Origin: Candidatus Hodarchaeota archaeon
Lineage (GTDB): Archaea > Asgardarchaeota > Heimdallarchaeia > Hodarchaeales > Hodarchaeaceae
DNA: 64,000 nucleotides
Assembly: GCA_048886525.1 (NCBI GenBank)
Contig: JBHLKP010000001.1
Location: forward strand, 16,751 to 80,750
Direction of reading: 5' to 3'
A model generated the notes under the pieces. The model ran no database searches and was not told the DNA's origin. It was given only the letters and a program-made list of their open reading frames with translations. Below, one piece after another: positions 19,569 to 29,329 of the stretch. How positions within the stretch are numbered: the stretch's first letter is position 1; every line of letters starts with the position of its first letter. A program made the position numbers and the translations under genes.

Positions 19569-20819
19569 ATGGAAAATATCCCGTGTGAGGAGCAAATAAA
19601 TATGGGTAAGTTTAAGCTATTGATGAAGTCGATTGTTTTTAGTACTCGTTCACGTCGTCGTTTCTTTACTTTTGTTATTATCTTTGGTTTATTAAGCGGA
19701 GCGACCATTCAATTACTAACATATTTCGATAACTTCTCTCGTCAGGAATTATTAAACCATAAAGGAGTGGTTGTTAAAGCAGCAGATTTGGATTCGGTAA
19801 ATTTAGCTACTGCTCAAACCGATCTTAATGTTCAAGATGGGGAACGATTACCAGGATCAGAGATAGTCATTTTCTATAAATATGTTAATTTCGGAGCAAG
19901 TTTCAGAATATTCAGTATGAACTCAAGGTATCCATGGGCATTTTCCGAAATAAAGCCAAATAATTTGATAGCGGGAAGTTTCCCAAATAGTGACAATGAA
20001 GTATTGGTTTCAGAAGATGCATTTATTACTGTGCAGGACAATCAGGATGGAGTAAGAATATATACAAAACCTGTCGTAGGAACTACTTTGAAACTTGGAG
20101 GAAGTGTTGACTCTGATTTTGATTTAAGAGTATCTGGAGTATATAGGAAGCCAAGTTCAATTCAAGCTGATTTTGAACAAAATGGAAGAGAGTGGATAAT
20201 ACTAACTGAAAATGCCTTTGCTGAACTATTGAATGAAGAGAATTTAGGATACACAAATGATAACCAAATTTGGGTTCATTCAATAACAATTATTGCTGCA
20301 GGTAGTATATTGGATGTTTATAGTGGGGCATGTTATTCACGCGTTGATGAATTAGGAAGCAGTCTAGAACAGGATATCAATCCGAATGCTGATTACGATA
20401 ATGTGGATTACACCCCAAAAGCGAATAAAGAAGAAAGTCGAAATTTAGCTTTTCTTTCATTAGTATTTGGGCTAATTGGAACATTTATAGTAAGTACCCT
20501 TTATGCCTATATCATAACAAGATTTCGCAGACGCGAAGTCGCGGTTTTAAAAGCAATGGGATATAATAAATGGGATGTAAGGATAGTAGTTCTAAGTGAA
20601 ATATTAGTTGTATCTATAACGGGTTTCATTCTTGGCCTACTCACCATTCAGAGTTTTTTATTCCTGACTAAGCAAGGATCATGGTTTTTTATGATCATTT
20701 TTTCACAAACAGCATTGCTATCTTTTCTGGCTGTTGTATTGTCAACTATTCCAGGATTTTTCCTTATCTCATTCCGCATTCTATCAGTTCGACCTATTGA
20801 AATATTCAGACAGAAATGA
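19569..20819 (+). CDS. ABC transporter permease, FtsX/MacB-type
   Basis: N-terminal TM, a roughly 250-aa extracytoplasmic domain, then an FtsX module 'RRREVAVLKAMGYNKWDVRIVVLSEILVVSITGFILG'. The true start may be the ATG at 19602 (MGKFKLL...). Confidence 0.8.
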   Translation: MENIPCEEQINMGKFKLLMKSIVFSTRSRRRFFTFVIIFGLLSGATIQLLTYFDNFSRQELLNHKGVVVKAADLDSVNLATAQTDLNVQDGERLPGSEIVIFYKYVNFGASFRIFSMNSRYPWAFSEIKPNNLIAGSFPNSDNEVLVSEDAFITVQDNQDGVRIYTKPVVGTTLKLGGSVDSDFDLRVSGVYRKPSSIQADFEQNGREWIILTENAFAELLNEENLGYTNDNQIWVHSITIIAAGSILDVYSGACYSRVDELGSSLEQDINPNADYDNVDYTPKANKEESRNLAFLSLVFGLIGTFIVSTLYAYIITRFRRREVAVLKAMGYNKWDVRIVVLSEILVVSITGFILGLLTIQSFLFLTKQGSWFFMIIFSQTALLSFLAVVLSTIPGFFLISFRILSVRPIEIFRQK

Positions 20820-20829
20820 GGTATAAAAA

Positions 20830-21507
20830 ATGAGTACAGATATATTAATAGAGGCAAAAGGACTTACAAAGGAATACATTAGAGGAAAAAAGGAAATTGT
20901 AATTGCAGTCAATGATATTGACCTCAAAATTCCAAAAGGCAAACTAGTTATGGTAACTGGTCCTTCTGGGTCAGGGAAGTCTACATTACTTAATATTTTA
21001 TCGGGATTAGATATGCCAACAGAAGGTAGAGTTATCTATGAAGATGAAAATATCGCTGACTGGGATGAAGAAAAACTCTCAGCTTTTAGACAAGCAAATG
21101 TAGGATTCATTTTTCAGAACTGGGAATTGATAAGAACATTAACAGCATTAGAAAATATAGAAAGCCCTCTTTATCCAATGAAAATTAAGAGTAAGGAGAT
21201 TAGAACAAGATCCATCTCCCTTTTAAAGCAAGTTGGTCTATGGGATAAAGCTGACAACTATCCTGATGAATTAAGTGGTGGAGAACAGCAAAGAATCGGA
21301 ATTGCTCGAGCTCTGGTTGGTAAACCACGGATAATTTTTGCAGATGAACCGACTGGTAACCTTGATCTGGATAATGCAGCCTCGATTATGAGACTGCTGA
21401 AAAGCTTTACAAAACGCGATACATCAATTTTAGTAGTAACTCATAATGAGGACCTAAAAAAGTATGCTGATACAAGTCATCGAATGTCATCAGGGAGGTT
21501 TGTGTAA
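20830..21507 (+). CDS. ABC transporter ATP-binding protein (MacB/LolD-like)
   Basis: Walker A 'GPSGSGKST', signature 'LSGGEQQR', Walker B 'IIFADEPT', H-loop 'VVTHN'. Confidence 0.95.
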   Translation: MSTDILIEAKGLTKEYIRGKKEIVIAVNDIDLKIPKGKLVMVTGPSGSGKSTLLNILSGLDMPTEGRVIYEDENIADWDEEKLSAFRQANVGFIFQNWELIRTLTALENIESPLYPMKIKSKEIRTRSISLLKQVGLWDKADNYPDELSGGEQQRIGIARALVGKPRIIFADEPTGNLDLDNAASIMRLLKSFTKRDTSILVVTHNEDLKKYADTSHRMSSGRFV

Positions 21508-21599
21508 ATAAGTATCCCTAGTTTTCTTTCCTCATTTAACATCCTAATAGGTTAAATTCTTTCTTTTACTTTAAATTTTGTAAGCTTTGACAAAATTTA

Positions 21600-22394
21600 C
21601 TAAAAACCATCTATCAATTTTTGGGCTAGAGTTTCAATATACTGACTGAATGGGTGATCTGGGTGTTTTAAACTAAAAATATTTCGAGAACCCTCTCTAG
21701 CAACTTCACAGAAACAAGGAATTGAGGTGACAACTTCCATGCGCATTTCATCCTTAATTGTATTTTCAAATTTTTGAACTAGCTTCATATCAGATTCACT
21801 CCAAACGCCTGCCTCTGGGGGACAAGTTTCCGCTACAACTCTATTGAGTATAACATAGTTCTTACTGTCGAGAAGAGAGTAAAGTTGTGTTACCATACTT
21901 TTAGTACCAGAAATATCAAAATCATCAGCCTTAAGAACAAGACAAGTTGCGTCAGAGATGACTAATCCGTCGATACTCTCCATTTGAACTCCAGGGCTTG
22001 TATCTATTATCGCAAAATCGAATCCATTCTCTGATAACTCATCTCTCAAACGTAAAATGCGTTTTAAGGATCTTTGACGCTGTTTTTTATCAGCGCGGAC
22101 AATATCACCCATTTTGCGAAAATCTGTTGAAGCATAGGCAACATATAATGGAATACTATATTTTTCTTCAAACGAGATAAGAATATCCTCACCAGTAAGG
22201 TCGGGATCAAATAATAGATCGTTAATGGTTACCTTAGTCTCGATTCCCGTTAAAGTTTGGAGGTTGGGCCCACGAAAGTCAAGATCTAATAAAACTGTTT
22301 TAAATCCTCTTCGAGCTAAAACTGTAGCTAAATTAGCACTTAGATGGGTTTTTCCAGTTCCCCCTTTATATGAATGAAACGCAATGATTTTCAT
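21600..22394 (-). CDS. ParA/MinD-family P-loop ATPase
   Basis: Deviant Walker A 'SYKGGTGKTHLSANLA', 'VLLDLDFRGPN', Walker B-like 'FAIIDTSPG'. Confidence 0.85.
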   Translation of the reverse strand: MKIIAFHSYKGGTGKTHLSANLATVLARRGFKTVLLDLDFRGPNLQTLTGIETKVTINDLLFDPDLTGEDILISFEEKYSIPLYVAYASTDFRKMGDIVRADKKQRQRSLKRILRLRDELSENGFDFAIIDTSPGVQMESIDGLVISDATCLVLKADDFDISGTKSMVTQLYSLLDSKNYVILNRVVAETCPPEAGVWSESDMKLVQKFENTIKDEMRMEVVTSIPCFCEVAREGSRNIFSLKHPDHPFSQYIETLAQKLIDGF

Positions 22395-22441
22395 AAATAT
22401 AAAACACCTTTCTAATGATAAAAAATATTAATCTTAAATAA

Positions 22442-23041
22442 CTAAGTATTGTAAATTTCTTTTTTTTTATTGCTAATCATCTGTTCGGTTTTGAGTCCAT
22501 TTTCCTCTTGTTCATCAGAACTGGGTTTTTGATAATAAAAGAAAACTTTCTTCCCCTTCGGTAATTTACTAATAACTCCACGATCTGAGAGTTGGTTAAG
22601 ATAATCACTTTCAAGAGGACGGCTTTTTCCCGTTTCAATTGAAACTTCTTTTGCTGTAACCTTTTTATCTAGCTTTAGAATAACTTCGAAAGTACGTCGT
22701 AAGTGTTGAGGTATTTTAGTTAGCAAATCAAGACTATCCTCAATACCGCCAATTTCCATATCAACATCTTTCTTAACGATCTGAGCCTTCTTTCCAGAAA
22801 TCAATTCAACCGAACGAGTAATCCCTCTCACTATTTCTTTAACTTCTTGAATATCAGCAGAGATCCCTCGGATCATTAACCGAAGATCTTGTTCAGTTCG
22901 TTGAATTTCCTCTTTAAACTCAATGCGAAATTCCTCTAGGCTTTCGCGAATTGCCAGAGGGATTGTTTCTTGAAGGTTCCCATCAGAATAGTTAGGTTTT
23001 TTCTGTTTCTCCTTGGTATTTAACCGCTCAAATGTACCCAT
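22442..23041 (-). CDS. coiled-coil protein with C-terminal winged-helix domain
   Basis: 199 aa. Heptad-rich charged N-terminal half. C-terminal 'VTAKEVSIETGKSRPLESDYLNQLSDRGVISKLPKGKKVFFY' is wHTH-like. Lies 47 nt upstream of the ParA-like gene on the same strand. Confidence 0.5.
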   Translation of the reverse strand: MGTFERLNTKEKQKKPNYSDGNLQETIPLAIRESLEEFRIEFKEEIQRTEQDLRLMIRGISADIQEVKEIVRGITRSVELISGKKAQIVKKDVDMEIGGIEDSLDLLTKIPQHLRRTFEVILKLDKKVTAKEVSIETGKSRPLESDYLNQLSDRGVISKLPKGKKVFFYYQKPSSDEQEENGLKTEQMISNKKKEIYNT

Positions 23042-23263
23042 GATGAGACCCTACAATATCATCATTAAAATGATGATTATGAAAAGCTTTGCGCTGAATG
23101 AATTTTTTAATTTTACGAGGTGAATATCAATCCAATGAAATTATAAAGATCTTGATCAAGTAACGCTTTAAAAGGCGATACCTAATGAATTAACTCTCTA
23201 GATACATGTTAAAACCCCAAATTTTGTATTTCTTGACTTGAAACATAAAAATCATTTCTATGC

Positions 23264-23530
23264 TTAGTTAACAGCATAGAAATGCGATCGTAAGTCATGT
23301 AAGTCTGGTACTCGTTTAATAACTTGTTTGTCAACGAGAATCTTCAGAGCATAACGAATGGTTCGGTTACTTAAGGAAGTATATAATCCTATCTCCCGCG
23401 GTTTCAGAGCACCATTATCGCAGAGTAAATAGTAAACCTCTTGCGCTGACTTGGGAAGATTATCAACCTTACCAACGTTTTTATTTGGTTCTAATTCATC
23501 AATTACTTTGCTAGGCTCGATTGCTGCCAT
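23264..23530 (-). CDS. small winged-helix DNA-binding protein
   Basis: 'EVYYLLCDNGALKPREIGLYTSLSNRTIRYALKILVDKQVIKRV' is a MarR/TrmB-type wHTH pattern. I start it at the ATG 23528-23530 (MAAIEPSK...). The track's longer N-terminus (to 23644) looks like translated AT-rich promoter. Confidence 0.55.
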   Translation of the reverse strand: MAAIEPSKVIDELEPNKNVGKVDNLPKSAQEVYYLLCDNGALKPREIGLYTSLSNRTIRYALKILVDKQVIKRVPDLHDLRSHFYAVN

Positions 23531-23969
23531 GATAACATCACCATCATCAAAACAACGGAAACTGGGAGGCATCAAGATTGTGTTGATGATGTTTATATCA
23601 ACTATCAACAGATTTATATATGTTATGCAATGTGCAATTATCATTTCAACAGATTAAATTTAGTTTTTATAAGAAATAAAAGGCAATTTGTGGTTTATTC
23701 TTATCTATTTAATATAATTTTTGATTAATGAATGAATTAAACTAATGTTAGATTATATCTGTTGATGATTACAGACTGTATAAAAGTTACACTTCGATAT
23801 ATGTAAAATGCTGGTTTACTCTGAACTGTATAAAATCTTCCTCCTGATGTTATGTTGAAAAAATGTGTTTTCTTTATGAATTATATTTCTTCAAAATATT
23901 TTTCGCTATAATATTATCTGGATGGAAGCGTGACATGCTAACAAGCACTAGACCATTGATAAGACTTAT

Positions 23970-25280
23970 TTATATTATTTTTTTTCTTCTATGTAAAGAA
24001 TAGATTCCAGATGTGATAATCATACAGAAGAGAAAGTATTCAGACGCTAAATCAGTTGATGAAGTTGTAGCATCTGATATACTGGTTGATATCAAACCTG
24101 AATTAGTAGTACTACTGGTCATCATAGGAAATACGATGTTTGTTGTATAAGAGTTCAAATTATTTATAGTAAAAACAGATCTTGTCAAAGCATTTTGATC
24201 TGAGTTTTCTGTCTGGCCATCGATCAAATATGCATTATCTACAATAGTATTATTATCTATATCAGGTTCTACCCATTCATTCCAATAATTAAAGACAAAT
24301 ATATTGTATAGTCCATCGTCTTTAGCCTGTGATGAATGAAGCACGCTATTTGTAGCAAAATCATTGAATTGTACAATGTTCATGGTACATGATGAGGTCA
24401 AAGTTAACGCGTAATCAGTATGGTTCGCAATAACATTTAATGTGAAATTATTTTTCTTTGAACTCGTACTTAGACTAATTCCTAATGTATTATTGTAAAT
24501 TTTATTGCTAGTACAATTAATATTCTGACTAGACCGAATTGTTATTCCATTATGATCATTATAGTGGATATTATTATCTAAAATCTGGAGAATATTGGAT
24601 TCACTCAGTTCAATTCCGTCACCTTGGGATATATAATCAGTTCCTCCTTGAATATTTTTAGAAATATTATTGTTAAATATAGTGATATTTCTTGATTGGT
24701 GAGAGTGAATACCACTTGCAGCATTATTATAGATCTTATTTCCTTCAATCACAACATTCTCATTATTTGGTTCAAGAGAAATTCCCATTTTGTTGGAGAA
24801 AATGGTATTATTTTTGATAATCCCATTTTTTATTGAATTAAGCCATATTCCGTCCCCATACGTCTTAGATAAACCATCAACTCCATTTAGAATACATCCT
24901 TGGATAATAAACCAGAGATCAGTATTCCAAATCGTGATCATGTGTTCAGTTGATGGACTTGTTATGTTATAATTCTCGATAATGATTGGATTGGTTATTG
25001 TTCCTTCGCCAGGCCAGGATTCATTTGATGCTTGAGTCAGAAAATCTTCATTTCCATTAATAGCAATGGGATCGTGAGGCATGAAGCTCTCACTACTATT
25101 TTTTAACATATTTTCGGTATTTATTAAGCTTCCATCTTGGGGATTAGACGAAATTTGTACAATTACTTGAATAAAAAATATCGAAATTAATAAAAACAAG
25201 GCGAAATTGACTATTACATAATTTTTGCTTTTATTATAGATTATATTATTCAAAAGATAATTAAATCTCACTCTACTCAC
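23970..25280 (-). CDS. surface protein with right-handed beta-helix (PbH1/NosD-like) repeats, N-terminal signal anchor and C-terminal membrane anchor
   Basis: N-terminal TM 'VIVNFALFLLISIFFIQVIV'. Repeated 'N.I..N..GI.l..s.n..i..N' units. A Ser/Thr-rich stalk 'TSSTTNSGLISTSISDATTSSTD' precedes the TM and 'HRRKKII'. Many N-x-S/T sequons. Confidence 0.7.
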   Translation of the reverse strand: MSRVRFNYLLNNIIYNKSKNYVIVNFALFLLISIFFIQVIVQISSNPQDGSLINTENMLKNSSESFMPHDPIAINGNEDFLTQASNESWPGEGTITNPIIIENYNITSPSTEHMITIWNTDLWFIIQGCILNGVDGLSKTYGDGIWLNSIKNGIIKNNTIFSNKMGISLEPNNENVVIEGNKIYNNAASGIHSHQSRNITIFNNNISKNIQGGTDYISQGDGIELSESNILQILDNNIHYNDHNGITIRSSQNINCTSNKIYNNTLGISLSTSSKKNNFTLNVIANHTDYALTLTSSCTMNIVQFNDFATNSVLHSSQAKDDGLYNIFVFNYWNEWVEPDIDNNTIVDNAYLIDGQTENSDQNALTRSVFTINNLNSYTTNIVFPMMTSSTTNSGLISTSISDATTSSTDLASEYFLFCMIITSGIYSLHRRKKII

Positions 25281-25426
25281 GCAACCTTAAATTATGGTTT
25301 CAGACTAGCGGATTTGGATCTTTCTTGTAGAAGATTGCTCTCGAAATTGAATCCAGTAGATAATATACTTTTCTAATTCTGCAACTATAGTTACCAAATT
25401 TTATTTCCTTGCATAAATTTGGTTTT

Positions 25427-26824
25427 TTACCATAATTTTCTTTCTAAATACTTTGGTTGCCATTGATTTGTTGCTAATTTACCCCAGAAACGAATTGCTG
25501 ATCCAGCATTTGGGAAAATATCTGAAAAGGTTTCGCCTAACTCTTTTCCAAATTTTGTTATGGATTTTTTGAGATTACAAGGTTTTGTGATCTCTTTTTC
25601 TAATCTCGAAGAAAAAATCTCAAATTCTTCTCTGGATGAGTTAGAAAGTAGAAGATAATCATTTAAATAATGATTCATTTCTCGACGAATTTTTTCAAGG
25701 GACGGCTGTTTCGGGGGTTTGCTAAAGTCATGTCTAAATAACTCCATATAGTTCAAAATTGGTTCGGAGGAATTGCAATCAGTTGATTGTTTAATCCTCA
25801 ATATTATTCTGTACCAGTAGCTTACATTTTGCATCTTGTAGAAATTTATCCAGTGAACATATTCCTCTTTTGTGTTTCCTCTATAATACGCATCCAGTTC
25901 TACTGGTATTTTTTTAATCGCTACGACGTGACCTTTAAGATTTAACTCTTCAAATATTTCTCTCATTTCTTGAAGTAATACTGGTCGCTCTTCATTTCCT
26001 AAGGCGATATGGATTAATTGAAAAGTCCCTTCTGATGCTAAAATATTTGGAATGGAGGGAAAAACCTTTCTTATAACATCAAATCCATCAATTCCTCCAT
26101 CATTATGCATTGAATCTTTATATCGAACTTCTGAAGGAGTTGGTAGGATAGGTAGATGTCCTATAATAAGATCAAATTTTCTGTTAATACCTGCTAGATC
26201 TTTAGTAATATCTCCATATTTGAATTCTATCCAATCGCACTTGTTCCAAGATGCACTTAATTTTGCGGTTGCTATTGCATTTGGATTAAGATCAATGCCC
26301 AACATCGAATAAGATGGTCCTTGCCAAGACAATCCAAAAAGTTGGAAACCTGATCCTGTTGCAAGATCGAGAACTTTTTTGGGTGGTTCTATTACTCGAA
26401 TATATTTCTGAAAGGTTAAGGATTCCGCTCCGAGATACACCTGTGGATCACAAAATCGTGGAAAGGGAACAAGAATCAGATATTGATTCAAGGGGAAAAT
26501 GCGAAACACAGAAAGGAATTCTCCTTTTTGTGTCTTTACTATCAACTGGGATTGAATTAAGTTCTCTCTAAAGTTATTTGTGAAAATTTTCTTTATTTCA
26601 TCCAAACTTAAAGCTCTATTGTTCGCGAAGAAATCTAGCAATAATTCTGTAATGGGATTTCCAAAAGCTAGTTTTTTTCTTGGAGCGTGAATAAACCCAT
26701 AACCTTCAGCTAAGCGCTGGTAATATCCGGAAGTATATTCAAATTTCCAGAGAATTTTCCTTAGCGTATCTAAATCCCATTGGATATTCTCATAAGTTAA
26801 TTCCTGAACATTAATTAAATCCAA
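25427..26824 (-). CDS. class I SAM-dependent methyltransferase with N- and C-terminal extensions
   Basis: Motif I 'VLDLATGSGFQLFG' and motif IV region 'DLIIGHLPILP' (HemK/MTS-like position but not NPPY). The flanking domains of about 130 aa are unassigned. Confidence 0.6.
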   Translation of the reverse strand: MDLINVQELTYENIQWDLDTLRKILWKFEYTSGYYQRLAEGYGFIHAPRKKLAFGNPITELLLDFFANNRALSLDEIKKIFTNNFRENLIQSQLIVKTQKGEFLSVFRIFPLNQYLILVPFPRFCDPQVYLGAESLTFQKYIRVIEPPKKVLDLATGSGFQLFGLSWQGPSYSMLGIDLNPNAIATAKLSASWNKCDWIEFKYGDITKDLAGINRKFDLIIGHLPILPTPSEVRYKDSMHNDGGIDGFDVIRKVFPSIPNILASEGTFQLIHIALGNEERPVLLQEMREIFEELNLKGHVVAIKKIPVELDAYYRGNTKEEYVHWINFYKMQNVSYWYRIILRIKQSTDCNSSEPILNYMELFRHDFSKPPKQPSLEKIRREMNHYLNDYLLLSNSSREEFEIFSSRLEKEITKPCNLKKSITKFGKELGETFSDIFPNAGSAIRFWGKLATNQWQPKYLERKLW

Positions 26825-27271
26825 ATTAATACCTCATTTCAAATCAATTTCCTAAATCCAATGTTATTAGATTTTAATATCTAAATTCTAAATATTTCAG
26901 TAATACCAAATCAACGGAGAAGATAAAAGGAAATTTTGTTTCTTCTTATTAAGATAAGCTATAATTTGTACCAAAAGCGGTGGAGAGATGAGTAATAAGC
27001 GTAATAGTGGCATTCAAATTTAGAATTACTTTAATATAAAAATGAACTAAGAACTCTTTTCCTGACATGTAGAAACTTCCTAGTCTTTTATTATTGGTGG
27101 ATTAAAATTTTATTTAATTATGGTAATTATATTAGGTATCTGAAACACTTCTTAAACTGAAATCAATTTCCGTTAAATAAATTATTTGATAAGCCTCTCT
27201 AGCTCAAACGCTTACTTAATAACTGAATTTTTTATTGCCTCATAGTTTAACAATTCATGTGTTGAAAGTGA

Positions 27272-29155
27272 ATGAGGCTTAGTTCTAAAGAATTTTTGAA
27301 TGGTTTGCTTGATCTTCCAGTTGTGTACGATGCGAAGCGATCTCCAGATGGAAAGCATATTGCATTAAACATATTAAATATTTATTCAAATTTAGATGTG
27401 TTTCTTGTCGGTATTGATGACAAATCAAAGCTGGATACATTAACAAAAACTATTGAAACTACTGTTTTTTATGATTGGTGGCCTGATTCTAAATCTATTC
27501 TTGTTGGAGAGGACAGAGGGGGAAACGAAAGAGTAACATTGTTTCGTGTATATCTTGAAGAACCTCTGAAACTTTATCCTCTGACTAAAGCCTCTCCAGA
27601 TTTTTATCTTAGAAGTCCCACAATCTCACCTGATGGTAAGATATTGTATTATTTTGCCAATTATGATTTTAAGAAATCGAAAGAAACTGAAATATCTCAT
27701 CTATTCAGTCATTCATTAAGTGATGAAGAAATAAATCTTTTAATTTCTCCCGAAAAACCTGCTTACAATGAAGGATTTCTTAATTTAGATGGAACTAGAA
27801 TTTTATATTGTCGTTCTGATATAACTCCTGGAGGAATTCAATGGTGGGTAATAAACACTGATGGGACGGATAATCAAGAAATTCTTAATTTTGGTCCCGA
27901 ATCCAAAGTAGAAGCAAGTTGGCTACCAGATTCAGATCAGATTGTTTTTATCACGGATACATTTAATGATGTAAAGCTAAAAAATCGATTAACAGGTATC
28001 TATTCTGTTCAAAAACAAACCATCAAATGGATAAACAAACTTGGAGAATCAATTGGTCCAGAACTCAGCTCACATGATTTTTCTGGCGCTTTTGTATCTA
28101 GATATGATCCTTCTACTTTAATTCTTTCTGAAGAGATTAAAGCAAGAAAGCAGGTTTATTTCTTTAACTTAAAAACTCAATCTATAATAAAATTCCCTAA
28201 AATCTCTGGAACAATTGTTCCTATTCAAAAATTAGAAAATGGAAGATGGTTATCTCAGTATTACGGATCTACACAACCTACAACATACGTTTCGATTTCT
28301 ATTGAGAATATTTCAACTATTTCATCAGAGGATTTCACTTTACTTTTTAATAATTTTTCGTTTTCTAAAGTCAGAAAACACAACTTAATTCAAGCTGAAG
28401 ATTTTAATTGGATTTCTAGGGATGGAAAAGCTGTTCATGGATGGTTATATAAGTCAGCGTTTCCAAATAACAAAGCTATTGTTTTCGTTCATGGTGGTCC
28501 TACATATCATTCAAGTGATGAGTTAAATGTAGAGATTCAATATTACGTTTCGCAAGGATTCAATGTTTTGGATCCTAATTATCGTGGATCTACTGGATAT
28601 GGTACTGAATTTAGGGATAGCATAAAAAAGGAAGGTTGGGGAATGGCAGAACAATTTGACATAGCTACTGGAGCTCATGCGATGATTGAAAGAGGATTTG
28701 CCACAGAAAATAAAATTGGTATTACTGGGACTAGTTATGGAGGATATTCCGCCTGGTGTTGTATTGCACATTTTTCTTCAATCTTTCGAGCTAGTGCTCC
28801 TGTGTGCGGAATGACTGATCTTATAGTGGATTATGAAACAACTAGACCTGATTTGAAACCTTATAGTGCAGAAATGATGGGAGGAACACCCGAAGAGGTT
28901 CCCGAACGTTATCAACAAGCTAGTCCTATTAATTTTCTTAATAATATTAAAGGAAAAGTACTAATTGTTCAGGGTTTAAAGGATCCTAATGTAACTCCAG
29001 AAAATGTACGAGTAGTTGAAAATAAGCTAAAAATATATGGTATTAACTATGAAAAGTTAGAATTTGATGATGAAGGACACGGAATCATCAGAAAGAGGAA
29101 TAAACATAAAAAAATTTTAACCATAGCTACTTTCTTCGAAAAAAGTTTAATTTAA
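27272..29155 (+). CDS. S9-family serine peptidase (acylaminoacyl-peptidase/prolyl oligopeptidase-like)
   Basis: N-terminal beta-propeller-like half. Catalytic half has the nucleophile elbow 'GTSYGGY', 'VQGLKDPNV' and 'DDEGHGI'. Confidence 0.85.
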   Translation: MRLSSKEFLNGLLDLPVVYDAKRSPDGKHIALNILNIYSNLDVFLVGIDDKSKLDTLTKTIETTVFYDWWPDSKSILVGEDRGGNERVTLFRVYLEEPLKLYPLTKASPDFYLRSPTISPDGKILYYFANYDFKKSKETEISHLFSHSLSDEEINLLISPEKPAYNEGFLNLDGTRILYCRSDITPGGIQWWVINTDGTDNQEILNFGPESKVEASWLPDSDQIVFITDTFNDVKLKNRLTGIYSVQKQTIKWINKLGESIGPELSSHDFSGAFVSRYDPSTLILSEEIKARKQVYFFNLKTQSIIKFPKISGTIVPIQKLENGRWLSQYYGSTQPTTYVSISIENISTISSEDFTLLFNNFSFSKVRKHNLIQAEDFNWISRDGKAVHGWLYKSAFPNNKAIVFVHGGPTYHSSDELNVEIQYYVSQGFNVLDPNYRGSTGYGTEFRDSIKKEGWGMAEQFDIATGAHAMIERGFATENKIGITGTSYGGYSAWCCIAHFSSIFRASAPVCGMTDLIVDYETTRPDLKPYSAEMMGGTPEEVPERYQQASPINFLNNIKGKVLIVQGLKDPNVTPENVRVVENKLKIYGINYEKLEFDDEGHGIIRKRNKHKKILTIATFFEKSLI

Positions 29156-29258
29156 TTAAACTTCTAATTGATTTACTGATATAATTGGATTTTTTAATTA
29201 AAACAAGTTGTCTTCTTTTATAGATTAATATCAATTAAGTATCTCCCTGAAGACAATC

Positions 29259-29278
29259 AAGACGATTCAGCTCGTCTT
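29259..29278. terminator. hairpin AAGACGA-TTCAGC-TCGTCTT between convergent genes
   Basis: 7-bp perfect stem between the S9 peptidase gene (+) and the MFS gene (-). Weak. Confidence 0.15.
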
Positions 29279-29329
29279 AAAATGATGTTCTTACTGAAAA
29301 AGTTTACCTAGATCATCGTTTACTCCTCA

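Noticed and set aside
19386-19595. Track ORF 19386-19595(-)
   Set aside because: Low-complexity translation of the promoter region and 5' end of the ABC permease gene. No motifs.
23531-23644. N-terminal 38 codons of track ORF 23264-23644
   Set aside because: 'MIIAHCITYINLLIVDINIINTIL' looks like translated AT-rich upstream DNA. The wHTH domain starts after the internal ATG at 23528-23530.
26052-26571. ORFs 26052-26312(+) and 26314-26571(+)
   Set aside because: They are antisense to the methyltransferase gene, which carries the SAM-binding motif.
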